From an uncultured Clostridia bacterium (GTDB taxonomy: Bacteria; Bacillota; Clostridia; TANB77; CAG-508): 64,000 bases of DNA. Below are positions 10,501 to 19,010 of this stretch, piece by piece (the stretch's first letter is position 1; every line of letters starts with the position of its first letter). The position numbers were made by a program, and so were the translations under genes. The stretch is taken from contig CALXVM010000007.1 in the NCBI GenBank assembly GCA_944392105.1, positions 3,624 through 67,623 on the forward strand, in the 5' to 3' direction. A model generated the notes under the pieces. It had not been told where the DNA came from and did no database searches. It saw nothing but the letters and a program-made list of their open reading frames with translations.

Positions 10501-10620
10501 AAACTTTAATAAATGTTTTAATGCTTTTTTTGCTCCTGATTTTCCAGCTTTTTTTACTTGGTCTGTCATAGTAGATTTTTTTTGTTCATTATTTTCATTA
10601 TTATTTTTTTCGTCTGCCAA
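7570..10620 (-). CDS. three-module cell-wall hydrolase (GH73-like glucosaminidase + lysozyme-like + NlpC/P60-CHAP-like peptidase), VirB1/PrgK/TcpG analogue
   Basis: N-terminal TM. IGTHESGYGTSNIA..NLWGWGAYD (GH73-like). YWENGSG..HPTVGYGIDI (phage-lysozyme-like). C-terminal NSCCATYVSWVL ... GDILCYSGHIEIYAGDG (Cys/His papain-like peptidase). Confidence 0.75.
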   Translation of the reverse strand: MADEKNNNENNEQKKSTMTDQVKKAGKSGAKKALKHLLKFLIPVIPILLLAMLFYALISLVVDFFQGLFEDIANFFTINLENGAYEIKDEEVDKVLEQLKEQYDLSAEDLGLLGDIDYETASEEEIKEAERKYIKLFLEAQQTTQTINTGVTGSNGSVYMMTPKISEDTVTKYPDYSILWDADNPIISKEDFVNAVKSYIPPIGFGESMRNNWTCYDKFFKDNAEEFYDICTAAGINPMVIVAIGTHESGYGTSNIANEKLNLWGWGAYDSSPGESAIDFSSEEIKEGISKGIEEVATSLKQEWTTPGTWRYERITGEGRDPTTLDGIGPLYCTTAGWSDLVKQHMLNIFGDKCKLGDSLGKYTVLEHEKELEPMIFKKKTDFETLVKNGGSFNELRKYYSIDENGKLMLINFNYTNGTPDLTIQHVDYKSMISQYTTSCMFFVDTAMAVQNPKFMEAFVEMVKDSRITLNVMYNSSREVTTTTTYHYEEKTVGNETVQELVPDTTVTTQESYTPSIMISTAKTWIFSREAGFKQTNLGSTYSHSDTGSGVDRVIVDIESSGVTYSEDTPKEEYNGGEKGEEGTFVGLLDKRFRIPNSMNTRSAGPDLVSNSVAYFEFLSRSSTTQAMENIMRYVLYKYTGKSYGVTEFNLSLFAQSNFSSATSSQLLVEYIHYWENGSGAPMNADGTKYIIHDDGMGHPTVGYGIDIFNGGYADLFIASGYPTEIGGEVDKDFVDSLEKQEIKSQSDAIKAATSGLGLKEYQINALVSRAYNCGTAGAITVKRGSPVLNFVQSYQKYWNAETDDLFEAQDKNANFNHSLYTQYMSKPTTSEGQHLEGLERRRKSEWTLFQTGYYDVLDKWHAEGGAIIEIADMIHKYMEENNYTYCVYGGNSYEECGKYGKAHGLNATFEASKTGYHNSCCATYVSWVLQEAGYISDSEHLDGANNLRSLLLSKGFKRIDNVSELQPGDILCYSGHIEIYAGDGTVYNAGSGNAIRSSSPQNKSLSGLLFGLRAP

Positions 10621-10644
10621 TTTCCTTACTCTACCTCCTTTCTT

Positions 10645-11610
10645 TTATATTTTTATATCCATTTGTATTTTTTGTAAATTTTCGTCATTTGGATTATTTA
10701 TATATGCATTGTAATCTAAATAAATATTTTTAAATCTTATATATCTAGCACTAGTACTTGAATTATATCCTTTTGCAAATCTAATTGTAAATTTTTTCTG
10801 TTCTACTCTATTTATAATTAAATTAAATTGAGGTATTTCATTCAAATATGAAATATATTCACTATCATGTTCATCTACTAAGCATATTTGCTTATTGTCA
10901 CTATTATCTGAAAGTAAAATAGTATTTTCGCTATTATTAGTTATAGTAAACGAATATACAACATAATCCATATAAATATCTTGTCTAGTCACTTTAATTT
11001 CCACATTATTTTCATTTTCAGTTTTTTCGGTGTCATAACTATTAATAAAGTTATATATACTTAATTTATCTTCACCATTTTCTCTAGTTATAGTAATATA
11101 GTCTGTATAATTTAAGCCTTCTGATATACCTCCTGTTGCTAAAATATTATCTTCTAAATATGTTACTTTATATGTTTGCCCTTCAGCCTTGCTTATCCAT
11201 CCTTCTAATTGATATGTCTTGCTAGTTTGAAATATTAAATCACAATAATTTTTAACAAAACTATCCATTGTTCCACTAAAGACTATATTTTTGCAATCAT
11301 CTGTAAGCATATTATAAGCTATTGCATAGTCTTTGCTATTACAAGCTTTTACAAAGCTTTCTATTATATTTTTATCTTCTTCCGCATCTTCTTTTGATAT
11401 TTCGTCTCCAGAAATTATCGTTTCTTCTGGAAGTGTAGTATCTCTATATCCTTCACTGTAACTGTTGGACACATTATTTCTTTCTTCCTGTATATTGGTT
11501 TTGATAATATAGTTAAGTACTCTTACAAATATAATAAGAAAGACTATAATTGAGACAATTAATAGTATTTTAGTCCTATTTTGATTAAAGTATCTAATTA
11601 ATTTTCTCAT
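10645..11610 (-). CDS. N-terminally anchored protein, possible VirB8/TcpC-like component
   Basis: Single N-terminal TM. FVKACNSKDYAIAYNMLTDDCKN (NTF2-like motif). Beta-rich C-terminal domain. The VirB8 role is inferred from position between the VirB6-like and hydrolase genes. Confidence 0.4.
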   Translation of the reverse strand: MRKLIRYFNQNRTKILLIVSIIVFLIIFVRVLNYIIKTNIQEERNNVSNSYSEGYRDTTLPEETIISGDEISKEDAEEDKNIIESFVKACNSKDYAIAYNMLTDDCKNIVFSGTMDSFVKNYCDLIFQTSKTYQLEGWISKAEGQTYKVTYLEDNILATGGISEGLNYTDYITITRENGEDKLSIYNFINSYDTEKTENENNVEIKVTRQDIYMDYVVYSFTITNNSENTILLSDNSDNKQICLVDEHDSEYISYLNEIPQFNLIINRVEQKKFTIRFAKGYNSSTSARYIRFKNIYLDYNAYINNPNDENLQKIQMDIKI

Positions 11611-11638
11611 AATTATAGTCCTCCTGTTAATAACAACT

Positions 11639-14263
11639 TTAATTTACTTTTTTAAGTTTTTTAACATATTTCATCATATTTTCTGCTTCTCTTCTAGCTT
11701 GTGTTTGATTTATTCCGTTTTCTGGACTTAGCATTCCTCTTGCCCAAGATTGGGTTACTTGTTCTACATATTTCTCATCTACTAATTTCTTATCATCTAC
11801 TCTTTCTGCAAATTGAGCTGCTATCATTGCTCTTTTCTTAGCTGCATCTGCTTTTTCTTGATCTGTCATTCCTTCAACATTTTGTAAGTCTTTTGCAACA
11901 GTTTTCTCAAGTTTCATTGCTTTTACTATCTTCTTTTCATCTGTTATTCCTGCTTCTGTGTAATCTATAGATTTTGCAAGTAATTCTTTCTTTTCTTTTG
12001 CTGTTCTCTCATGACCATCGTCTGTAGGAATTAAATCATTTAATCTATTCATCCTATCTTTGTCTTTCATAAGTGTTCTTCTTTGTTCTGCTAATTGTGC
12101 TGCATTTAATCCATGTGCTCCAACATTATATGTATCTCTTATTCCAGAAGCACCTTCTGCTATTGAGCTTCCAAATCCTGTAACTGCATCATATCCCAAA
12201 GTAGAACCTAGTCCTGCACCTGCTGCTCCAAATTTAACAATATCATTAAGGTCATCTCCAGCAATACCTGCTGCAATACCAACACTTGCTCCAAGTGCTC
12301 CCAATGCTGCTCTTCCTGCCACTCTTGGAGCTGCATGTAAGCCTTTCTTTCCAAGATCTGCTAAAACTGCTCCTGCACCACGTACGCTATTTTTTAATGG
12401 TTGTACTGCACCTACTGAATTAATCTTTGCTGCCATTCTACCTAAACCACTATCGCTAACACCATTAGCAATTTTACGAACTTTATTTGCTCCTTCATTT
12501 TTTAGCCTTATAGCTCCTTTTCCCACAGCAGTATTACCTAATCTGCTCATTGCTGCACTTCCTTTAGCGCCTATCCAGTCTCTTGTATATTGCCCTAATC
12601 CTCTTGTATCTCTTGGTCTAGTTGATGCAGAAGCTTGTGTTCCGCTTGAACTTGAGCTCGTACTTGTTGAACTTGCACTGCTTCGAGGTATTGGAGTGCT
12701 ATATATTATACCTGATGGTGTTGACGACATTCCTGGTGGTATTGAACCTGAATTTCCATTTGCTCCACCCATTGCTCCTCCACCAGAAGGACTTGAAGTA
12801 GGCGTTCCTCCAAGAAGAACCGGTCCACTAGAACCTCCTCCAGTATTATCTGAGCCACTAGCACCAGCAATTCTAGAATCTGCGAAATCTCCTAATCCTG
12901 GTGCATTATTATCTTCTATACTACCAGCATTTTGAGTTCTAATTTTGTTATTTCCTCCTGAACTACCAGAACCACCTTTCTTTCTATGTGCTGCACTTCC
13001 TATAAGTTTCTGTGTTAAACTCATAGCCGCTGCACCACCTGCAAATGACCCAAGAGAACCAGCTGAACTTGCTTTATCAAATCCGAAGAATTTTCTTAAC
13101 ATTTTTTCAGATTGTGAAATAGATGCTAATACTATAATTGCATATATTGGATTTTCTGCTGATAAATCAACAACTGCCGAGCCAGCAAATACTGTATAAA
13201 TTATTAAATGGAATGGTTGTATTAATGCATTATACACATATTCTTTAAGCCATGAATTAAATCCTTGTGCACTTCCATCTCCTATTTTATCTATAGGGTA
13301 TGTAAGAGCTATAAGAGGTGCTATTATGGTTAAAAATGCCATTGTTAAAGACCTCTTTAGATATGTTATTGTAAACATTACTGTATATATTACCATGGCT
13401 ATATATATAATAAAGTATAACACTTTTGTTCCTAAGTCATCATATTGTACCAAAAATCTTGCATACCCCATTATGTCTGTATTAAATTTAAACTTTGCAT
13501 TATCTGCTGTAGCATTTTTAGCTGCATCTGCATCTCCATCAACTACAATAACTGGTATATTATTAGTTCCTTGTGATGGATTTTCACCAGCAATTGCTTC
13601 TGTAATTGAATTTACAACAGTTACTGTAAATGTCATTATATAGTGCAATGTAAATAATAAGCATAATGCTATTAGCCAATCTTTTAAAAATTCTTTATAC
13701 TTTGCTTTGTCAGATGCTGTACTTGAAACTATTATTCTTATACCTACATATAACAAAATAATAAGCATTCCTACAATGGCCAAGTTTCTTAAAGCAACAT
13801 ACCATTTTGCTATAGTATCATGTAATATTACTGCTATAGATTTATTATTTTTTGCATTCAGCTTATCTTTCGTTTCCTGAGCTTCTGCTCTAGCTTCTTC
13901 TGAGGCATTAGAATCTTTTAACATAGCGTCTGCAGCATCTAACTGTCTTTGTTCTTCTTCGCTTAATGTCTCTGACCAATCTTTTGGATCTATAAAGTTA
14001 ACGTCAAATGCTGGTACAGCTCCTGAAAATATTTTTTCTGGGCTATACCTTGTAAAAGGCACTTTTACATCTCCGTCTCCTCCTATACCATTTAACAATT
14101 CTATACCAAATGATTTAGATTCTGCCATTGCATTATCAGTATTATATGCCGCATCGTTTAGCTCTGGTCTATCTGTATTTTCTCCCCCTGTAAACGGTGC
14201 TTGATTCCATTCTACTAGCACTATATCAAAAAAATTTCCGCCCATCTGGAGTAAATTCCCCAT
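11639..14263 (-). CDS. VirB6/TrbL-like polytopic T4SS membrane protein, main fragment (frameshifted from 14226..14456)
   Basis: Six or more hydrophobic helices (residues ~160-400), then a G/S/A/P-rich low-complexity tail and a charged C-terminus. The annotated ATG 14263 has no SD and is immediately preceded by an in-frame TAG. Confidence 0.7.
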   Translation of the reverse strand: MGNLLQMGGNFFDIVLVEWNQAPFTGGENTDRPELNDAAYNTDNAMAESKSFGIELLNGIGGDGDVKVPFTRYSPEKIFSGAVPAFDVNFIDPKDWSETLSEEEQRQLDAADAMLKDSNASEEARAEAQETKDKLNAKNNKSIAVILHDTIAKWYVALRNLAIVGMLIILLYVGIRIIVSSTASDKAKYKEFLKDWLIALCLLFTLHYIMTFTVTVVNSITEAIAGENPSQGTNNIPVIVVDGDADAAKNATADNAKFKFNTDIMGYARFLVQYDDLGTKVLYFIIYIAMVIYTVMFTITYLKRSLTMAFLTIIAPLIALTYPIDKIGDGSAQGFNSWLKEYVYNALIQPFHLIIYTVFAGSAVVDLSAENPIYAIIVLASISQSEKMLRKFFGFDKASSAGSLGSFAGGAAAMSLTQKLIGSAAHRKKGGSGSSGGNNKIRTQNAGSIEDNNAPGLGDFADSRIAGASGSDNTGGGSSGPVLLGGTPTSSPSGGGAMGGANGNSGSIPPGMSSTPSGIIYSTPIPRSSASSTSTSSSSSGTQASASTRPRDTRGLGQYTRDWIGAKGSAAMSRLGNTAVGKGAIRLKNEGANKVRKIANGVSDSGLGRMAAKINSVGAVQPLKNSVRGAGAVLADLGKKGLHAAPRVAGRAALGALGASVGIAAGIAGDDLNDIVKFGAAGAGLGSTLGYDAVTGFGSSIAEGASGIRDTYNVGAHGLNAAQLAEQRRTLMKDKDRMNRLNDLIPTDDGHERTAKEKKELLAKSIDYTEAGITDEKKIVKAMKLEKTVAKDLQNVEGMTDQEKADAAKKRAMIAAQFAERVDDKKLVDEKYVEQVTQSWARGMLSPENGINQTQARREAENMMKYVKKLKKVN

Positions 14264-14456
14264 CTACCAAAAAAGCATTTAATCCTGCTAGTATAACATC
14301 TCCGATGCTAGAAAGTAAGTCGAAAATAGGTCCAAGTAATACTCCACCCACGTCTGCTTGTACTCTCGTTGGAACAGAAAAAGTAAACAATAGCATAATT
14401 ACAATTGCAATAATAACTTTTTGTATGAAGTTCTTATTTGTAAATATTTTTTTCAT
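14226..14456 (-). CDS. N-terminal signal/TM fragment of the VirB6-like protein
   Basis: Strong RBS AGGAGG 5 nt upstream of ATG 14456. MKKIF..LLFTFSVPTRVQA signal-like sequence. Ends in the T7 tract (A7 on plus, 14228-14234), where a 1-nt deletion would fuse it to ORF 11639..14263. Confidence 0.6.
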   Translation of the reverse strand: MKKIFTNKNFIQKVIIAIVIMLLFTFSVPTRVQADVGGVLLGPIFDLLSSIGDVILAGLNAFLVDGEFTPDGRKFF

Positions 14457-14465
14457 CTTTTCCTC

Positions 14466-16454
14466 CTAATAATTGTAGTTGCTAACCTGCCTTCTTTTGT
14501 TCCTTTCTACTAATGTGTTTAAGTTTGTATCCACAAATTCAAATTCTTTATTTGTAGGGTTTATTTGTATTATAGCACTATCTGCGCCTACTTTCAATAA
14601 TCCTTCTCCTTTAAAACAAGTTACTAAGAAACCTGCTTCACCTTCACTTAGTTTAAATACTTCTTTTAAATATTGTATTTCAGATTTATCTTGTGCTAGA
14701 AACAACTTAGTATCTGAGGATGTAAGAACAGCTTGTGCTTCTGGTTTCTCATAAAAGTCTTGAAATCTTTGAGAAATAATTGCTAAAGATACATTTCTTT
14801 TTCTAGCACGTCTTGCCATTGTATTTAAGAAGTCTACGGCTTCTGGGTATGGAAGTAACATCCAAGCCTCATCGACAATTACTCTTTTCTTTGATGCTCT
14901 TTCTCTATCTTCACTATTCTTTTTAACATATTTTTCCCATATCCATGCTAGTAATATTTGTTGAGCAAGTGGTCTTGCAAATCTTTCCTCTAATTGAGAT
15001 ATATCTAGATTTATAAATAATGTTCCGTCTAATAAATCAAATGTAGATTGTCCGTCAAAATATGCCATTTGTCCGTCATATTCTCTTATATATTGTTTCA
15101 TAACTTTTAACAAATAACTATAATGGAAACTATAGTCTGGGTTCTTATTTTCTTCTGCTTTTCTTTGTATTCTTCTATACCAAGAACCTATTGTTGGCAT
15201 TTCTTTCTTTTCTCTTCCAAGCATATTTCCATCAACATTGCCAGCCGACGTTTTATATAAGCTGTTTGGATCTCCATTTATTCCTAGACTTGCATATTCT
15301 TCTGAAACAGATTCTGCAATAATTTGTTTTGTAAGCTCGTTAACTTCTTGGCTTCTTGTACTACCTCTTGCCATTGTAAGTAAAGCTTGTGTTACGTCCT
15401 CTACCTTATTTTCTACATTTAAAACTAGTCTTTCTCTACCTGTTATTTCGTCTTTTACAATTTCTGTTTCCAAATCGAATATATTTATAACTGTTGATGA
15501 TGTTGGCGAAAGTACGACATTTATTCCTCCTAAGCTTTCAGCAACTATGCTATACTCACCTTCTGCATCTAGTGCCAAACTTTGTATTCCCATAAGAACT
15601 GCTGACCTTGAAATTAATGTTTTCATAGTAACAGACTTACCAGCACCAGACTTAGCAAATATAACCATGTTATAGTTTGTTAAACTGCTATGGAAGTTAT
15701 CAAATAAAATAGGTACTCCTGTTTGTTTGTTTATTCCTAACGGTATTCCTGTTGGATGTCCTACTTCTGATGTAGTAAATGGGAAAACTGTTCCCATAGA
15801 TCTACGGTCAAATGTATGTGTTTTTCTTATTTTGTCTTCCATTAATGGAAGGTTTGATTTAAATGCATCTTCTTGCATTCCCCATGCTGTTTTTATTCCT
15901 ACTAATGATTTTGCAACTTCTGTAGATAATAGTTTTGTATATTTATTTAAATCATCTAAACTATATGCAAATAATGTTGATATAATAGAAGCTTCATATA
16001 ATTTGTTGTAACCTGCTGCAATTTCATCTCTTAATTGCTCTGCTTCCATTCTTTTCTGTGCCAAACTACTCTCTCTATTTATATTTCCTCTATCTGCTGC
16101 AACAATTCTTTCTGTTTCTAACTCATTTATTGTTCTATTTAAATCGTTTTGTGACTTTGACTCCAAGATTGGATTTATGTATATAGATGTATTAATATCT
16201 CCAAACATGTACATATCTCTAAATAATTCTGGGAATGTACACATTCTAGGTAGTGCAGATACAAAGAAGCTTCTAGCATATCTAGTAACATTAGATATAA
16301 TTTCTAAGTGGTCTATGTTACTAGCATCTATTCCAGATGGAGCAATAAGTTCTTTTATAGTTTTCTTCTTTAAAATTTCATATTCGTCTGGTTTTGTATA
16401 ATCATTATGTTGTACTTGTAAATCATTTGTTTGAAGTTTGTTCTTTTTGCTCAT
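14466..16454 (-). CDS. virB4: VirB4-family T4SS ATPase
   Basis: Walker A KSGAGKSV, Walker B VIVDEAWML. 662 aa. N-terminal region typical of Gram-positive VirB4/PrgJ/Orf16-like proteins. Confidence 0.85.
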   Translation of the reverse strand: MSKKNKLQTNDLQVQHNDYTKPDEYEILKKKTIKELIAPSGIDASNIDHLEIISNVTRYARSFFVSALPRMCTFPELFRDMYMFGDINTSIYINPILESKSQNDLNRTINELETERIVAADRGNINRESSLAQKRMEAEQLRDEIAAGYNKLYEASIISTLFAYSLDDLNKYTKLLSTEVAKSLVGIKTAWGMQEDAFKSNLPLMEDKIRKTHTFDRRSMGTVFPFTTSEVGHPTGIPLGINKQTGVPILFDNFHSSLTNYNMVIFAKSGAGKSVTMKTLISRSAVLMGIQSLALDAEGEYSIVAESLGGINVVLSPTSSTVINIFDLETEIVKDEITGRERLVLNVENKVEDVTQALLTMARGSTRSQEVNELTKQIIAESVSEEYASLGINGDPNSLYKTSAGNVDGNMLGREKKEMPTIGSWYRRIQRKAEENKNPDYSFHYSYLLKVMKQYIREYDGQMAYFDGQSTFDLLDGTLFINLDISQLEERFARPLAQQILLAWIWEKYVKKNSEDRERASKKRVIVDEAWMLLPYPEAVDFLNTMARRARKRNVSLAIISQRFQDFYEKPEAQAVLTSSDTKLFLAQDKSEIQYLKEVFKLSEGEAGFLVTCFKGEGLLKVGADSAIIQINPTNKEFEFVDTNLNTLVERNKRRQVSNYNY

Positions 16455-17643
16455 TCTCTTTTGTACCTCCTTCTTCTTTTCTTGGTCTTCCTTTTCTTTT
16501 TGCTCGTTCTTCTTTTATAATGTCTTTTGCATCATCTGCTACTTTGTTTCCTATAGATGCTCTGTTTTCATCTATTATCAATTGTGCCATTTGTTCTATT
16601 AAATCATTCATTCGATTCTGCTTTCTTTCAAGAGCTTTTTGCCTTTTAGATTTAGCCTCAACAACTGCTTCGTTTGCTTTATTAAATGCCTCTTGTTCTA
16701 TTTTTGTATCTAACGCTCTCATCTTTTTGTCTAGTACATCTGGTGCTGTTGAATATAATTCGTCATAGCCAGCTCTTAATGCTTTATCTAATCCATATAC
16801 TTCTGCATCATCTCTGTTATATGCAACATATAGCAAATCTACTAATCCATTTGAATCCAGTATTTTAGTATTTATACCACAAACTGATAATGTTCTCATA
16901 ATAGATTGCGCTCTTGTATATAATTCTGAAAATGCTAAGTTTTTCTTCTCGTCTTTATCAAAATCATTTTGTCCTAGTTCTGATGTATAATATGGAATAA
17001 CAATATAATATTTTTTATTAAGTACATTTTTGTTTAAACTCATTCTTTCTGTTGTGTAGATTATATCTTTACCATATTCACAAAGGTTAGTTTGTTTAGT
17101 TAACTCATAGTAGGCTTGGTCTAATTGTTGTCTTGAATATTTTCCAGAGTCGACCATATTCTGATATTGCATTTTTTGTCTTTCTAATCTATCATCTAAT
17201 TCTTTAACCTTTTCTTTATATGTTTGTATACTATTTTCTAAGTTTATTGTTCTTGTTTGTGTATATATCTGTATAGGATGTCTTAATGTGTTTAAGAATT
17301 GTATAAAGCCTTCTTCTACTGCATTTTTTTCTACTTCTGACATTAAGTCATAGTTTACACCTTGGCACTCCACAACCATTATATATCTCTCACCATTTTT
17401 TTGTGAAATCATATTGTCTTCTACTTTATCAAAGTCCATAAAGTCAAATACAGATTCCACAGTATAAGTTTTTCTTGATTCTTTTTTTACATTACTATTG
17501 GTTGTAGGTGTTTTAGCTTGTTCTTCTTTTTTTTCTTTTGATTTAGAAGAAAAATATACAGCTGCTAATATTACTAGTAATAGTAAGAAAATTCCTAAAG
17601 CAACTGCTAATATTATTGTAATTGTATTTATATCATTTAGCAT
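16423..17643 (-). CDS. bitopic membrane protein of the T4SS-like cluster (unknown role)
   Basis: N-terminal TM (ITIILAVALGIFLLLLVILAAVYF), coiled-coil and basic C-terminus. Overlaps virB4 by 32 nt and the prgI-like gene by 11 nt. Confidence 0.5.
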   Translation of the reverse strand: MLNDINTITIILAVALGIFLLLLVILAAVYFSSKSKEKKEEQAKTPTTNSNVKKESRKTYTVESVFDFMDFDKVEDNMISQKNGERYIMVVECQGVNYDLMSEVEKNAVEEGFIQFLNTLRHPIQIYTQTRTINLENSIQTYKEKVKELDDRLERQKMQYQNMVDSGKYSRQQLDQAYYELTKQTNLCEYGKDIIYTTERMSLNKNVLNKKYYIVIPYYTSELGQNDFDKDEKKNLAFSELYTRAQSIMRTLSVCGINTKILDSNGLVDLLYVAYNRDDAEVYGLDKALRAGYDELYSTAPDVLDKKMRALDTKIEQEAFNKANEAVVEAKSKRQKALERKQNRMNDLIEQMAQLIIDENRASIGNKVADDAKDIIKEERAKRKGRPRKEEGGTKENEQKEQTSNK

Positions 17644-17980
17644 TGTTCTTTCCCTCCTTATACACGTATATTTTACTTCCTTTTGTCTTAAACATTATTG
17701 CCCTCTTTATAATGTCGTCTAGGTTTTCTCCTCCAACTTTTTTAGTAAAATTTAGTCCTGAGATTTCTGGCATTTTAAGTGTTCCTATAGCAAAACCTAC
17801 TAAAGCAAGTAAAGCTGTTATTACAATTCCTACAATATTTAATTCAACAAGTGAAAATATGCCATAAAAAATTAGCCCTATTCCTCCACCTACAATTGCA
17901 TATATAAAGCTTTTTCCTGTAAATACAAATAGAATTCTACCTTCACCTTTTACATTTCTGGGTAAATTATATGTTCCCAT
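17633..17980 (-). CDS. PrgI-family (VirB3-like) T4SS membrane protein
   Basis: 115 aa. YNLPRNVKGEGRILFVFTGKSF then two TM helices. Matches the PrgI family pattern and sits directly upstream of virB4. Confidence 0.7.
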   Translation of the reverse strand: MGTYNLPRNVKGEGRILFVFTGKSFIYAIVGGGIGLIFYGIFSLVELNIVGIVITALLALVGFAIGTLKMPEISGLNFTKKVGGENLDDIIKRAIMFKTKGSKIYVYKEGKNNAK

Positions 17981-18060
17981 AATTTCCTCCTTCGTATAAC
18001 TAATTATACTTAATATTAATTATAGCAAATTATGTAGAAAAAAGGTAGATAAAAAATAAA

Positions 18061-18085
18061 AAAAAGTGCATTGTAATGCACTTTT
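18061..18085 (-). terminator. terminator/attenuator between the pilin genes and prgI-virB4
   Basis: AAAAGTGCATT-GTA-ATGCACTTTT hairpin followed on the minus strand by TTTTTTTTATTTTTT. Confidence 0.7.
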
Positions 18086-18116
18086 AATATATTTGTAATC
18101 TTGTTGTAATATATTA

Positions 18117-18497
18117 TTAATTTTGTCCTGTTGTCTCGCCTGCTTGTTTAGCTATACTGTATACAACTTGTGCTATAGCAGATGCACCAAATACTAGTAC
18201 TGCACCAACTAAGTATGGTATCATTGTTTTCTTGTATTCTGCTTTTTCTTCTGCACTACCAATCATGTATTTAATACCTAATACAAGTAATACTATAACA
18301 GATACAGCCATACCAATACCAGTTAACCAACCAATAATTGTATTAACAAGTCCTTGTCCTTCTCCTAAATCAGCTTCTCCCCCAAGATCTCCTGGTTGTA
18401 ATGCAAAAGCTGCATTAGCTACTGATAAAAACATACATACCATTAATATTACGCAGAATATTTTTACAATTGCATTTTTCTTTGCTGTTTTGCTCAT
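18117..18497 (-). CDS. VirB2/TrbC-like T4SS pilin paralog 1
   Basis: Signal-like N-terminus, then TGIGMAVSVIVLLVLGIKYMIGSAEEKAEYKKTMIPYLVGAVLVFGAS (two TM helices with a charged loop). Confidence 0.65.
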   Translation of the reverse strand: MSKTAKKNAIVKIFCVILMVCMFLSVANAAFALQPGDLGGEADLGEGQGLVNTIIGWLTGIGMAVSVIVLLVLGIKYMIGSAEEKAEYKKTMIPYLVGAVLVFGASAIAQVVYSIAKQAGETTGQN

Positions 18498-18568
18498 TTA
18501 TTTTCCTCCCTTTTTATTCTATATTTTTTATCTTTGTTTTAATTAAGATAATTATAATATCAAATTTA

Positions 18569-18967
18569 TTATATACCTCTTAGTATTGTAACTACTAGTT
18601 TCCATATTCCAAATGCTCCAAATACCACTACACATCCTACAATATATGGTATCAAAGCATCTTTTACTTTTGCTTTTTGTTCTACACTTCCAGTCATAAA
18701 CTGCATTCCAAGTATCATACCTATTATTAATGCAAGTACTAATCCAACAAAAAATAATATATTGTATAAATCATTTGTTAGTTCCTGAGTTTTATCTGAT
18801 GTTATAGGCGATTCTTGTCCTTCTCCATCTTTAATAAAACTTGAGCCTCCATCTATAATTCCACTAACACTTTGGTCCCCAGTAGCAAGTACAATATTGG
18901 TTGAAGAAAAAATAATTAAAAAAAGCAACAATGTTAATATTATGTTTTTTAAAAAACTTTTTTTCAT
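18569..18967 (-). CDS. VirB2/TrbC-like T4SS pilin paralog 2 (divergent)
   Basis: Same architecture. VGLVLALIIGMILGMQFMTGSVEQKAKVKDALIPYIVGCVVVFGAFG. Confidence 0.6.
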   Translation of the reverse strand: MKKSFLKNIILTLLLFLIIFSSTNIVLATGDQSVSGIIDGGSSFIKDGEGQESPITSDKTQELTNDLYNILFFVGLVLALIIGMILGMQFMTGSVEQKAKVKDALIPYIVGCVVVFGAFGIWKLVVTILRGI

Positions 18968-19010
18968 ATTATTCCTCCTTATATTAATATACTATATCAT
19001 AATTCTATTT

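Noticed and set aside
12060-12935. 291-aa plus-strand ORF (also 12945..13199 and 13326..13643) inside the VirB6-like gene
   Set aside because: Antisense shadow opened by the GC-rich, stop-poor low-complexity region. The product is Pro/Ala/Leu-rich with no RBS or start context. The minus-strand gene has coherent TM architecture.
17981-18060. Possible extended -10 promoter (TGCTATAAT) for prgI-virB4 downstream of the pilin attenuator
   Set aside because: No acceptable -35, and several TATAAT-like strings occur by chance in this AT-rich DNA. Left uncalled.
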